From positions 1 through 52,996 of the forward strand of contig JAJFGQ010000017.1 of assembly GCA_021776075.1 (NCBI GenBank): a stretch of DNA of 52,996 nucleotides, in the 5' to 3' direction. Under the pieces are notes generated by a model. The model did not search any database and was not told the DNA's origin. It saw nothing but the letters and a program-made list of their open reading frames with translations. Origin of the DNA: Alphaproteobacteria bacterium (GTDB taxonomy: Bacteria; Pseudomonadota; Alphaproteobacteria; Micavibrionales; Micavibrionaceae). Positions 39,078 to 47,193 of this stretch are shown one piece after another; within the stretch, counting starts at the first letter, position 1; every line of letters starts with the position of its first letter. The position numbers and the translations under genes were made by a program.

Positions 39078-40013
39078 TTAGGCCGGGTAAAGCATGGAGA
39101 GATATTTTTCACCGCGGTCGCAAAGCAGGGTTAGGACGGTTTTGATCTCCGGGTTATCCTGCTTTATCTTTTTGGCTGCCCAGAAATTACCGCCGGAGCT
39201 GGGGCCGACGAACAGGCCGCGCTCGGATGTCAGGCGTTTGGATTCTTCAATGGCCATGTTGCTGTCTACGCTGATCACGCCGTCTACTTCATCCTTGTGC
39301 CGTCCGTATATGGTGGGCACAAAACCATCCGAAATGCCTTCAATCTTGTGATCGGCAACCATGCAGCATTCGATGGTGCGTGATTCCGTCGGCTCCATGG
39401 CGAATGCTTTGACGTCCGGGTTATGCCACTGACGCAGGGCTTGTGTAATGCCGATCAGAGTACCGCCGGTGCCAACGCCTTGCACGATGGCGTCTATCTT
39501 CAGACCCTCCGGTAACTGGGCGATAATTTCACGGCCCAGCCATTCCCGGTTTTCTTCTACATTCCATTCATTATCAAACTGGGCGGGGCAGTAGAACCCG
39601 TCTTCCTGTCCCATTTTAATGGCCGCAGCACGCGCTTCATTGACCTGAAAATGACCGACGAAACGGATTTCTGCGCCAAAACCCCGTGAGATTTGCGTGC
39701 GTTCACTGGTGTAACCTTCCGGGATCATCACGATCATCTTATAGCCCTTGACGGCGGCAATCATGCTCATGGCATTGCCGGTATTGCCGCTGGTGGACTC
39801 AACGATTGTGTCGCCGGGTTTCAGGAGTCCTTCTTCCTCGGCCTTTTCGATCATGTAGTTCGCCATACGGGCCTTGATCGAACCGGACGGGTTCAGAAAT
39901 TCGGCCTTGGCATAAATGCCGTCACCCATATCAAGAAGCGGCGTATTACCGATACTGTCCAGAATAGTTTTCGGCGTACCGTCTGTCGTATGTTTTATCA
40001 CAGGCTCACCCAT
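39078..40013 (-). CDS. cysK: cysteine synthase family PLP-dependent enzyme
   Basis: 311 aa. PLP-lysine region NPSGSIKAR. Glycine-rich PLP phosphate loop GVGTGGT. Confidence 0.8.
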   Translation of the reverse strand: MGEPVIKHTTDGTPKTILDSIGNTPLLDMGDGIYAKAEFLNPSGSIKARMANYMIEKAEEEGLLKPGDTIVESTSGNTGNAMSMIAAVKGYKMIVMIPEGYTSERTQISRGFGAEIRFVGHFQVNEARAAAIKMGQEDGFYCPAQFDNEWNVEENREWLGREIIAQLPEGLKIDAIVQGVGTGGTLIGITQALRQWHNPDVKAFAMEPTESRTIECCMVADHKIEGISDGFVPTIYGRHKDEVDGVISVDSNMAIEESKRLTSERGLFVGPSSGGNFWAAKKIKQDNPEIKTVLTLLCDRGEKYLSMLYPA

Positions 40014-40019
40014 AGATTT

Positions 40020-42596
40020 TTACTCCAGAGTAAAACGGCGTTTCTTCTCTTTCTTGATGTCGGACTGGTCATTGGCAGGAACAGGTGTTCCTCTGCCCAG
40101 ATCAATCGGGAAGTCATCAACTTTTACGGCTTCTATCCGGCTGGCATCGGCTTTATGGATCAGAGCCTCTTCGTCTTCCGTGATAATGCCTTTGATTATC
40201 GCTTCTTTCATGATGTCTTTCATGTCCCTGGAAATAATTTTTTCCTTTTCGGAGACGTTTTGTTTGCGGGCAAGACGCCGCGCCGCGTTGATTTTGTCTT
40301 CAACAGGTTCGGCGGCCAAAGCATCGTTAAAGGCTCCGGTTATCTCAGCGACATGATCGTTAGCAGCCGTGGGCATGAAGATTCCTTCGGCAAGCCTGTC
40401 CCGCGCATCATTTTTATTCAGGAGGATTTCGGCCACTTTTTTCTCCAGCCTGTCAGAAGGCGGATGGAGGCGTTTGCCTGACATAAAGGGCACGGCAGAC
40501 AGAGGTGAGGTTAGAAGGCTCATGCCTATATTTGCCGCTTTCATTATGGCCCCTGCCACGGGCATCATTAAAGGAAGAGGGATTTTCAGCAAGGGCATAA
40601 CTCCCTTAAATGCTTTACCAAGTTTCAATGTTAGCGTGTTTTTAGCGACTTTCAAAAATTGCGTTTCCTTAATCGCTTTAGGAATATTTGTGAAAGTTTT
40701 TTGTACAGCTTTCCCTACGCTCTTAACGCTGAATTCCGGACGGGGATAGTTTCTGATCAATTCACTCATCGCTGTTTCGGCTTGCGACAAGGCGTGTTGA
40801 CAGGCCCAATGCATCAGAGGCTCATCTTCTTTTTTGCAACCTTGCACCTCGAAGTGCCGCAAAGTAGCGGAGGCCAGATAAAGGTGGCTCATGACATCGC
40901 CTAGTCGTGCCGTAACCCTTTCAGCTGTTTTCATTTTAGCGCCCAGAAGCAGATACGTTGTGTCAGCCATGGTCGCAAGACCGGAACTAAGACGATCAAT
41001 TTGTTGGTAATAGCGTTTACCCGGTCCTTTAACCGGCGTTTTACCAAAATGGCCATCGGTTACACCCATCCAGAGGGTGCGCACGCCATTATTCATGCTC
41101 TGCCGGACATGTTCTGCCATCAAGGTCGTGAATTTCTCTTTGTCTTTGGCTATAGCCTCCTTGGTTTCACCCAGTAAGAAGTTATGAGAGCGCATGGATG
41201 CCTGATTGAAAATAATCATATTTCGGGTCAGAATGTTAGCACCTTCGACGGTAATACCGATGGGGACGCCTTGATACATACCGGCAAGGTAGTTTCTTGG
41301 CCCCAGACTGAGGCCCTTTCCGCCGTGAATATCCATGGCGTCGTTGACGACATCGCGCATAGCCTCGGTCAGGTGATATTTAACGACAGCCGATAAAACA
41401 CTGGGTTTTTTACCCTGATCGACCATTTGTGCTGTAGCTGTACGGGCCGCATCCATCATATAGGTCGTTCCTGCCATACGGGCCAGCGGAGAATGAATAC
41501 CTTCAAAAGCACTTAAAGGCACTTTGAATTGTCGGCGTACACGGCTGTACATGCCCGTGACCCAGCTTGCGAATTTCGCACCGCCCGTGGCCTGTGCGGG
41601 AAGAGAAATAGAGCGCCCGACGGCCAGACATTCCATCAACATACCCCAGCCTTTACCGGCTTTTTCTTCACCACCGATAATATTTTCAATAGGGATCACG
41701 ACATCTTTGCCTTTCACAAGGCCGTTATGAAAGGGATGGCCCAGAGGGTTATGCCGCCGTCCGGTTTCTATGCCGGGCGTGTCATGGGAAACAAGCGCAA
41801 CGGTAATGCCTTCCTTGCCCTTTTTCAGCAGGTCGTCAGGGTCCTTCAACTGGAAAGCGACACCCAGAAGGGTCGCAACAGAGGACAGTGTGATATAGCG
41901 CTTATCTATATTCATACGAATTTTTATTTTTCCGTCTTCATCCTTGAAGACCGTGCCGCTTGATGTCATGCCGCCGGCATCAGAGCCTGCATTTGGTTCG
42001 GTCAGAGCAAAGCAGGGGATTTCACGGCCATTGGCAAGGCGCGGTAAATAATGGTGCTTTTGCTCGTCTGTGCCGTAACGCTCCACAAGTTCAGCCGGGC
42101 CGAGGGAGTTGGGAACCATGGCCGTAACAGCCGCCGTGACGCTACGGCTAGAAAGCTTTTGGACAACAGCCGAGTGAGCGAGGGCAGAAAACCCGAGGCC
42201 CTCATGTTCTTTCGGAATAATCATGCCGAAAAATTTCTGGTCTTTCATAAATTGCCAAACGTCTTCGGGAAGGTCTGCTTCTTTGCTGTTTCTGACTTCC
42301 CAATCGTTAACCATGGCGCATAGTTCTTCAACCGGACCGTCAAGGAACGCCTGTTCTTCGGCGCTCAGTTGCGGAGCAGGGAGTATCTTCTTGTTCAGGA
42401 GGTTGTTCCAATCCGGCTTACCGTTCAGGAGGTCCGCTTCAAACCCGGCGTCGCCTGCTTCTAGTGCTGCGGATTCTGTTTCCGAGATTCTTGTCCTGCT
42501 GACCTGACTATAGATAACATCTCTCAGAAGTCTGACTGGTGTGTATCTGACGACAGCGTCGTAAAAAATACGAGTGAGCTTTTCGTGCGTGGACAT
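40020..42596 (-). CDS. fadE: large acyl-CoA dehydrogenase (FadE-type, with C-terminal DUF1974-like extension)
   Basis: 858 aa. ACAD N-terminal, middle and C-terminal domains plus a ~250-aa C-terminal extension, as in gammaproteobacterial FadE. Confidence 0.88.
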   Translation of the reverse strand: MSTHEKLTRIFYDAVVRYTPVRLLRDVIYSQVSRTRISETESAALEAGDAGFEADLLNGKPDWNNLLNKKILPAPQLSAEEQAFLDGPVEELCAMVNDWEVRNSKEADLPEDVWQFMKDQKFFGMIIPKEHEGLGFSALAHSAVVQKLSSRSVTAAVTAMVPNSLGPAELVERYGTDEQKHHYLPRLANGREIPCFALTEPNAGSDAGGMTSSGTVFKDEDGKIKIRMNIDKRYITLSSVATLLGVAFQLKDPDDLLKKGKEGITVALVSHDTPGIETGRRHNPLGHPFHNGLVKGKDVVIPIENIIGGEEKAGKGWGMLMECLAVGRSISLPAQATGGAKFASWVTGMYSRVRRQFKVPLSAFEGIHSPLARMAGTTYMMDAARTATAQMVDQGKKPSVLSAVVKYHLTEAMRDVVNDAMDIHGGKGLSLGPRNYLAGMYQGVPIGITVEGANILTRNMIIFNQASMRSHNFLLGETKEAIAKDKEKFTTLMAEHVRQSMNNGVRTLWMGVTDGHFGKTPVKGPGKRYYQQIDRLSSGLATMADTTYLLLGAKMKTAERVTARLGDVMSHLYLASATLRHFEVQGCKKEDEPLMHWACQHALSQAETAMSELIRNYPRPEFSVKSVGKAVQKTFTNIPKAIKETQFLKVAKNTLTLKLGKAFKGVMPLLKIPLPLMMPVAGAIMKAANIGMSLLTSPLSAVPFMSGKRLHPPSDRLEKKVAEILLNKNDARDRLAEGIFMPTAANDHVAEITGAFNDALAAEPVEDKINAARRLARKQNVSEKEKIISRDMKDIMKEAIIKGIITEDEEALIHKADASRIEAVKVDDFPIDLGRGTPVPANDQSDIKKEKKRRFTLE

Positions 42597-42714
42597 TTTT
42601 TATCTCCCCTTATGTTTCCCCGATTCGGCACAAATATTTTTAAATGTGGACACCGAGTATTTAAAACGGGGAGGGGTTTGTCAATGCACCATGTAAAAAA
42701 ACGATGATGCATTG

Positions 42715-42742
42715 CCGCGACAGAACGGCGCGTTCGGGTTTT
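42715..42742 (+). terminator. hairpin CGAACG-GCG-CGTTCG followed by GGTTTTTTT (plus-strand orientation)
   Basis: Perfect 6-bp stem with a 3-nt loop and a T7 run. It is preceded by an A7 run. It lies in the fadE/grxD intergenic region where both flanking genes are on the minus strand. Confidence 0.4.
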
Positions 42743-42743
42743 T

Positions 42744-43064
42744 TTATTCGCCGAAAGCCGTTTTTAGCAGAGGGTCAATTTCCCCGTTTTCTTCCATCTT
42801 GTCGAGAATGTCGGTGTCGCCGTAAAACTCGCCATTGATGAAAACTTTGGGGAGAGTTGGCCAGTCCGTCATTTGGCTCAGCACTTCACGTTTTTCCGTG
42901 TTATGCAGAACATCAATGACTTCAAAGGGGCGTTCGTATTTGCTAAAAAACTGGATCGTTTCCATGGTGAATCCGCATTGCGGTTGCTCTTTCGTTCCTT
43001 TGGCGTAGATCAAAATTTTATTGGCTTCTACTTCAGTTTTGATTTCATCTTCGATTGTAGACAT
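42744..43064 (-). CDS. grxD: Grx4-family monothiol glutaredoxin (CGFT active site)
   Basis: 106 aa. KGTKEQPQCGFT motif. Conserved pairing with bolA. Confidence 0.9.
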   Translation of the reverse strand: MSTIEDEIKTEVEANKILIYAKGTKEQPQCGFTMETIQFFSKYERPFEVIDVLHNTEKREVLSQMTDWPTLPKVFINGEFYGDTDILDKMEENGEIDPLLKTAFGE

Positions 43065-43075
43065 TGCAAGATTCC

Positions 43076-43309
43076 TTAAGCTGGTGTTTCTGTTTTAATT
43101 TCCAGTGCATGGATACGGCCATCGGCCATGGCTTCATTCAGGGATTTTTGTACCAGCCTGTGTCGGTTCAGTAAACCCATACCGTCAAAAACATTGGATA
43201 CGACATGAACGGCGAGGTGATCTCCCGTTCCTGTTGTGTCCCTGATGCTGACTTCCGCATCCGGGATTTCTTTTTTGACCAGTTCTATCAGAGCAGCGCT
43301 ATCCATCAT
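43076..43309 (-). CDS. bolA: BolA family protein
   Basis: 77 aa from the ATG at 43309 (MMDSAALIELVKKEIP). BolA helix-turn-helix region VVSNVFDGMGLLNRHRLV. The longer ORF to 43393 would overlap the upstream gene. Confidence 0.8.
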   Translation of the reverse strand: MMDSAALIELVKKEIPDAEVSIRDTTGTGDHLAVHVVSNVFDGMGLLNRHRLVQKSLNEAMADGRIHALEIKTETPA

Positions 43310-43328
43310 TGTCTTTAAAACCCTCTTG

Positions 43329-45218
43329 TTACTTTTTTGTATCGGAAAAACTGGCGGGATTAAATTTGCTGCCAATAATAGCGGCGGCTCCACTCAGACC
43401 AGAACTTTCTCCGCCCATAACAAAAGTAGCGGGCAGTTTCAAACCGGTCAGAAGCTGAGGCTTTTCCTTGATGGCATCTATAATCAGTTCCAGAGCGCGG
43501 AGATTGGCAACTTTGTCCTGACCCAGTACATCGGCCTGTGCTTTCTGTCCGTCAGCGACTTGCGTCAGGTAGGATTTCTCAGCCTCTCCTTCGTTGTTCC
43601 GTCGGATTTTGAACTGTTCGGAAACCTGCACACCGATTTCAGCTTTTACGAGTTCTTTTTGCTGGTCGGCGGTTGCCCGTGACTTTTCGGATAGTATGCG
43701 TTCGTCCTGCGCCAGTTTTTCCTGTCTATAGGCTTTAGAAAGCTGTTGGGCCAGTTGTTCCCGGCGGCGTGATACGAGAAGCTCCGGCGGGATGGATGGT
43801 TCACCGATTTTGACTTCCAGAATAGTGATGCCTGCTTTTTCGCCTTCGCTTTTAATCGCTTTTTCAAAAGCCGTTTCCATGTAGGAACGGAAATCTTGAA
43901 AATCGAGGGCGCGGGCAGCTCTGACGGCAAGAACAGGCTTACCCTGTTCATCCTTTAATATTTTGCCGTTTTCATCGAGCAGGGGAGCCAGATAGGTGCC
44001 GCCACCGATATTGCGAACAATGGAACGGATGGCCGGCGTTACAATACGGTCTTCGACTTCCCGGACGCTGCCAACGGCGGCAACAACAGCAGCCGCATCT
44101 TCCGGGTTTACCTGAACCAGAATACGAAGCTCAACGGGCACATCCCAGCCCTCTACTTTCACAAAAATAGCATGATCGGCATGTTGGGATGGTGAAAATT
44201 CAACGGGTTCGCAAGTCCGTTGTTGGGAAAAGCTGCCATCATCACCGAGCGTCAGGTCAATCCGGCATTTGTCAAAGCCGCCTTTATAAGTCCAGCGTTG
44301 GGCGCGAGTTGGAATTTGTGTGACTTCATAAACATCAGGGTTGAAGAAATAAGCACCCGGTTCAAAGATGTCTTTCCAGACACCCTTGCAGCCGGAGTAA
44401 ACCAGGACAGCTTTTAAGTGACCTTGTTCGACCTGAACGCCGCCTTTCTGACAGGCCGGGTTCCAGCCTTCATCCAGATTGGACTTCACGACACCGACAT
44501 AACCGGTCGGAATTTCCGTGATAATAGTAGGGCGTCCACCCACGGACATGGGGCGTTTACCCCATCTGTCATAGAGATAGCTTTTGCCGCTTTCATCCGT
44601 AATACGGACATTAAATAGGAAGAGGTTTAGACGGTGGATGCCGGGTTTCAGGACGGAGGATTGAAGACCTTTATAGCCGTTAATCCTCTGTGAATCGAGA
44701 AAGGCATCGGCGTCGAATAAAGAGTCTTCGTCGCCGCCCTTTGGAGCGCCAAAGGCCAGCGATGTGCCGGGGAGAGGTGGGGCAATAACGGCATCTTCGG
44801 GCAGAGTGCGCCCATCAAGAGCCAGAACTTCTCCGAAATGGCCGGGTGGGATTTCCACGGCGGGCAGAATAGTAACCTCGCCCCAGATACGGATAAACCA
44901 GTCCAGATGCCAGCCCGGTCCATAAATCTTGGACATCGGGCCGTTTTCTCCCGCTGTCGCTATAATTTGTCCACCGTCCAGATTGGATCCGCCGAATTTT
45001 TTTGCTATATGACCCGTTTCATATTTATCGACATAAAAGAGGCTGGTCGAAAGAATAGACCAGACTAGAAAGAGCCAGCCCACGAGATAGAATGAGGTGG
45101 ATATTACAGGGTTTTTGGCCATGTGTATAAATCTGGAAGTGTCATTATTGCTTTTTCTCATCTTGGCAAAAGCAAATAATATCAAGGCATTAAAGATGAT
45201 TGTTAGGACGACTTCCAT
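43329..45218 (-). CDS. SPFH/band-7 domain membrane protein with large N-terminal extension
   Basis: 629 aa with two N-terminal TM helices. The C-terminal half is SPFH-like (a FNPDVYEV...IDLTLGDDG...ILEVKIGEPSIPPEL-type region, then coiled coil with EQLAQQ/KELVKAE repeats). GGAG SD. Confidence 0.65.
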   Translation of the reverse strand: MEVVLTIIFNALILFAFAKMRKSNNDTSRFIHMAKNPVISTSFYLVGWLFLVWSILSTSLFYVDKYETGHIAKKFGGSNLDGGQIIATAGENGPMSKIYGPGWHLDWFIRIWGEVTILPAVEIPPGHFGEVLALDGRTLPEDAVIAPPLPGTSLAFGAPKGGDEDSLFDADAFLDSQRINGYKGLQSSVLKPGIHRLNLFLFNVRITDESGKSYLYDRWGKRPMSVGGRPTIITEIPTGYVGVVKSNLDEGWNPACQKGGVQVEQGHLKAVLVYSGCKGVWKDIFEPGAYFFNPDVYEVTQIPTRAQRWTYKGGFDKCRIDLTLGDDGSFSQQRTCEPVEFSPSQHADHAIFVKVEGWDVPVELRILVQVNPEDAAAVVAAVGSVREVEDRIVTPAIRSIVRNIGGGTYLAPLLDENGKILKDEQGKPVLAVRAARALDFQDFRSYMETAFEKAIKSEGEKAGITILEVKIGEPSIPPELLVSRRREQLAQQLSKAYRQEKLAQDERILSEKSRATADQQKELVKAEIGVQVSEQFKIRRNNEGEAEKSYLTQVADGQKAQADVLGQDKVANLRALELIIDAIKEKPQLLTGLKLPATFVMGGESSGLSGAAAIIGSKFNPASFSDTKK

Positions 45219-45352
45219 GGCAAAAACTCCGTATGGCTTCTATTGTTTTCATTATAATGTCTGCGCTATTCTATAGTAGGAGACTTGCTTTGGCTAACGG
45301 CTTTTTTGCAGAGGTTTTTCTGTGTTTGATAAAAAAATTATAAAAAATCGGC

Positions 45353-45386
45353 TTGACAGAATATCTTTTCCTTTCTAGGTTACGAA
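45353..45386 (+). promoter_or_regulatory. candidate sigma70 promoter for the ABC transporter operon
   Basis: TTGACA (45353-45358), 17-nt spacer, then TAGGTT. The GTG start at 45418 follows, preceded by GGGGAGG SD. Confidence 0.3.
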
Positions 45387-45417
45387 AATACCATACGGAA
45401 ATCTGGGGAGGTTTACA

Positions 45418-47178
45418 GTGGCAGGTCCGCTAAAGAAGTTGCGTGATATTTTTAGTCTTCAGTCAGCGATTGATGAGGGCTTTAACTATAAGCATAAAGC
45501 GCCAGTAATATCGCCGGAGAGAAAAAAAGAGCTGATGGAGTCTGCTGCTTTGACAACGCCACGGAGTAATTTTCGTGCGGTTGTCGGGGTTTTGGAGCCC
45601 TATATAAAGAAATCCAGTGTAAAGGAAAAGCTTCTGGTGACGACTTTTCTGGCGGGTACTTTATATCTCAATCATTTTTCAGTTGATATGATGGGTGCTT
45701 TTGGTGACTGGATCGGTGGGCTTGTGAACCATGTGGCACATTTGTGGAACGTTGTCGTTGAAAACAGACCAGATATGATTGCGGACATGATCGGGAATTA
45801 TCCTGCGTTACAGGATTCTTTGACGGCTGATCCTATGTTGAATAAGTTACTTTTGGCCTATCCCGATGAAACAGCCGTGTTTCGAGATCCTCAATATCAA
45901 GCGTTATTGCAAGAGTTAGAGACGTTAGATATGGATAGCCCAAGGTTTAAGGCAATTAAAGAGTTTCAAAGTGTTTTGCAGCAGAGGTTGCCTGTAGAGG
46001 AATGGTTTAAGGCTTTTCCCGGGTTACAAGAAGGCGCGGGCTTTAAAGAAAAGTTTTCTACAGGTACGGAAAATATTTTAAACCAGCTTACCGGACTTAA
46101 GGATACTTTGGGTCTCCAACTTCAGAAGTTGCCTGAAATCATAAAAACCTTGCAGACGATGTTGATGACGTCCGGCGGTGACTTTTTGTATAATGTGGGA
46201 AACACTCTGAGCACAGCATTTAATAGTGTGGCTGAAAAAGGGACTTTGTTTAACGCTGACTTAAAGGCAGCATTAAGCAAAATGTGGAACAGCAATGATA
46301 TGGCCACAATTGCTTTGAAATTCACAGGGGCAGCCATTGCGGCGTACAAGATGGCACAGTACGTTGTTTTACGGTGGCGTAGTTGGACAACGGGATATTA
46401 TGACGGCAAATACAAAACCAGCAAAACTTTTGCCCGTATAAAAAATATGTTCAATAACATTGATAACCCGGGACAGCGTATTCAGGAAGATCCCGAAAAA
46501 TTTACAGCAGCGAGTGTTTCATTGCTCACAGGGGTTACAACCGCAATATTTACGCTCCAGAAGTTTTCCGGAAAGCTCTGGAATATGGGGCCTGTGCAGG
46601 GTGTTGATGGCGGGTTTTTCATGATTGGAGCCGCGTATGCCGCAGTGCTTTTGGCTGTGACTGGCGGTGTTGGTTATAAGTTGGCCGAGATTTATCGTAA
46701 TAAACAACGTGTTGAGGCCAATTTAAGGCGTGCGACAGATAATGTGCATAATAATGCCGAACAAATAGCCTTAACGGATAGTGCTGAAATAGAAAAAGAT
46801 ATTGTCCAGAAGCGTGTGACGCCTGTGATGGAAAATGCGTGGAGAGAAGTAGGAACCCAAGTCAAAATGACGATTGTTGATTCCACAGTGGGTAATGTGT
46901 CCATTCCCCTTCCTTATCTTGTCGCTTCGTTTGCTGCCGTGGCCAGCGGAACAGCATCGTTCGGTATGGTTCAATCTTTGAATTATGCTTTTAACCGTGT
47001 GAATAGCTCCCTTAGCTTTATCGTGAACCGCTTTGACCAGATTTCAAACTGGATAGCGACTGGATCCCGTATGTATACGTTTGATAAAGCGATGGATGCT
47101 TCCTTGTATATTGAGGAAGAAAAACGGCAAGCCGGTTTGAATGCTGTGATTCCACAACAAGCACCGAAAATGTCGTAG
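45418..47178 (+). CDS. SbmA/BacA/ABCD-family ABC transporter permease (transmembrane domain only), with expanded N-terminal half
   Basis: GTG start with strong SD. VVLRWRSWTTGYYDG and NPGQRIQEDPEKFTAASVSLL match the SbmA VFRWRTAMNEYY...EGAAQRVQEDTMRF block and the ABCD NPDQ motif. KQRVEANLRR matches the SbmA KNQRVEAAYRKEL. Six to eight hydrophobic helices. A ~190-aa mainly helical segment (aa ~110-300) has no counterpart in 406-aa SbmA. Confidence 0.75.
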   Translation: MAGPLKKLRDIFSLQSAIDEGFNYKHKAPVISPERKKELMESAALTTPRSNFRAVVGVLEPYIKKSSVKEKLLVTTFLAGTLYLNHFSVDMMGAFGDWIGGLVNHVAHLWNVVVENRPDMIADMIGNYPALQDSLTADPMLNKLLLAYPDETAVFRDPQYQALLQELETLDMDSPRFKAIKEFQSVLQQRLPVEEWFKAFPGLQEGAGFKEKFSTGTENILNQLTGLKDTLGLQLQKLPEIIKTLQTMLMTSGGDFLYNVGNTLSTAFNSVAEKGTLFNADLKAALSKMWNSNDMATIALKFTGAAIAAYKMAQYVVLRWRSWTTGYYDGKYKTSKTFARIKNMFNNIDNPGQRIQEDPEKFTAASVSLLTGVTTAIFTLQKFSGKLWNMGPVQGVDGGFFMIGAAYAAVLLAVTGGVGYKLAEIYRNKQRVEANLRRATDNVHNNAEQIALTDSAEIEKDIVQKRVTPVMENAWREVGTQVKMTIVDSTVGNVSIPLPYLVASFAAVASGTASFGMVQSLNYAFNRVNSSLSFIVNRFDQISNWIATGSRMYTFDKAMDASLYIEEEKRQAGLNAVIPQQAPKMS

Positions 47179-47193
47179 GGAGAGGATTGGAGA

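Noticed and set aside
39693-40481. 262-aa plus-strand ORF
   Set aside because: It is antisense to cysK and fadE and spans their intergenic gap. It is a shadow ORF.
42715-42742. Hairpin considered as the grxD-bolA operon terminator
   Set aside because: The U-run follows the stem only on the plus strand. On the minus strand an A-run follows, so it cannot terminate the minus-strand grxD transcript.
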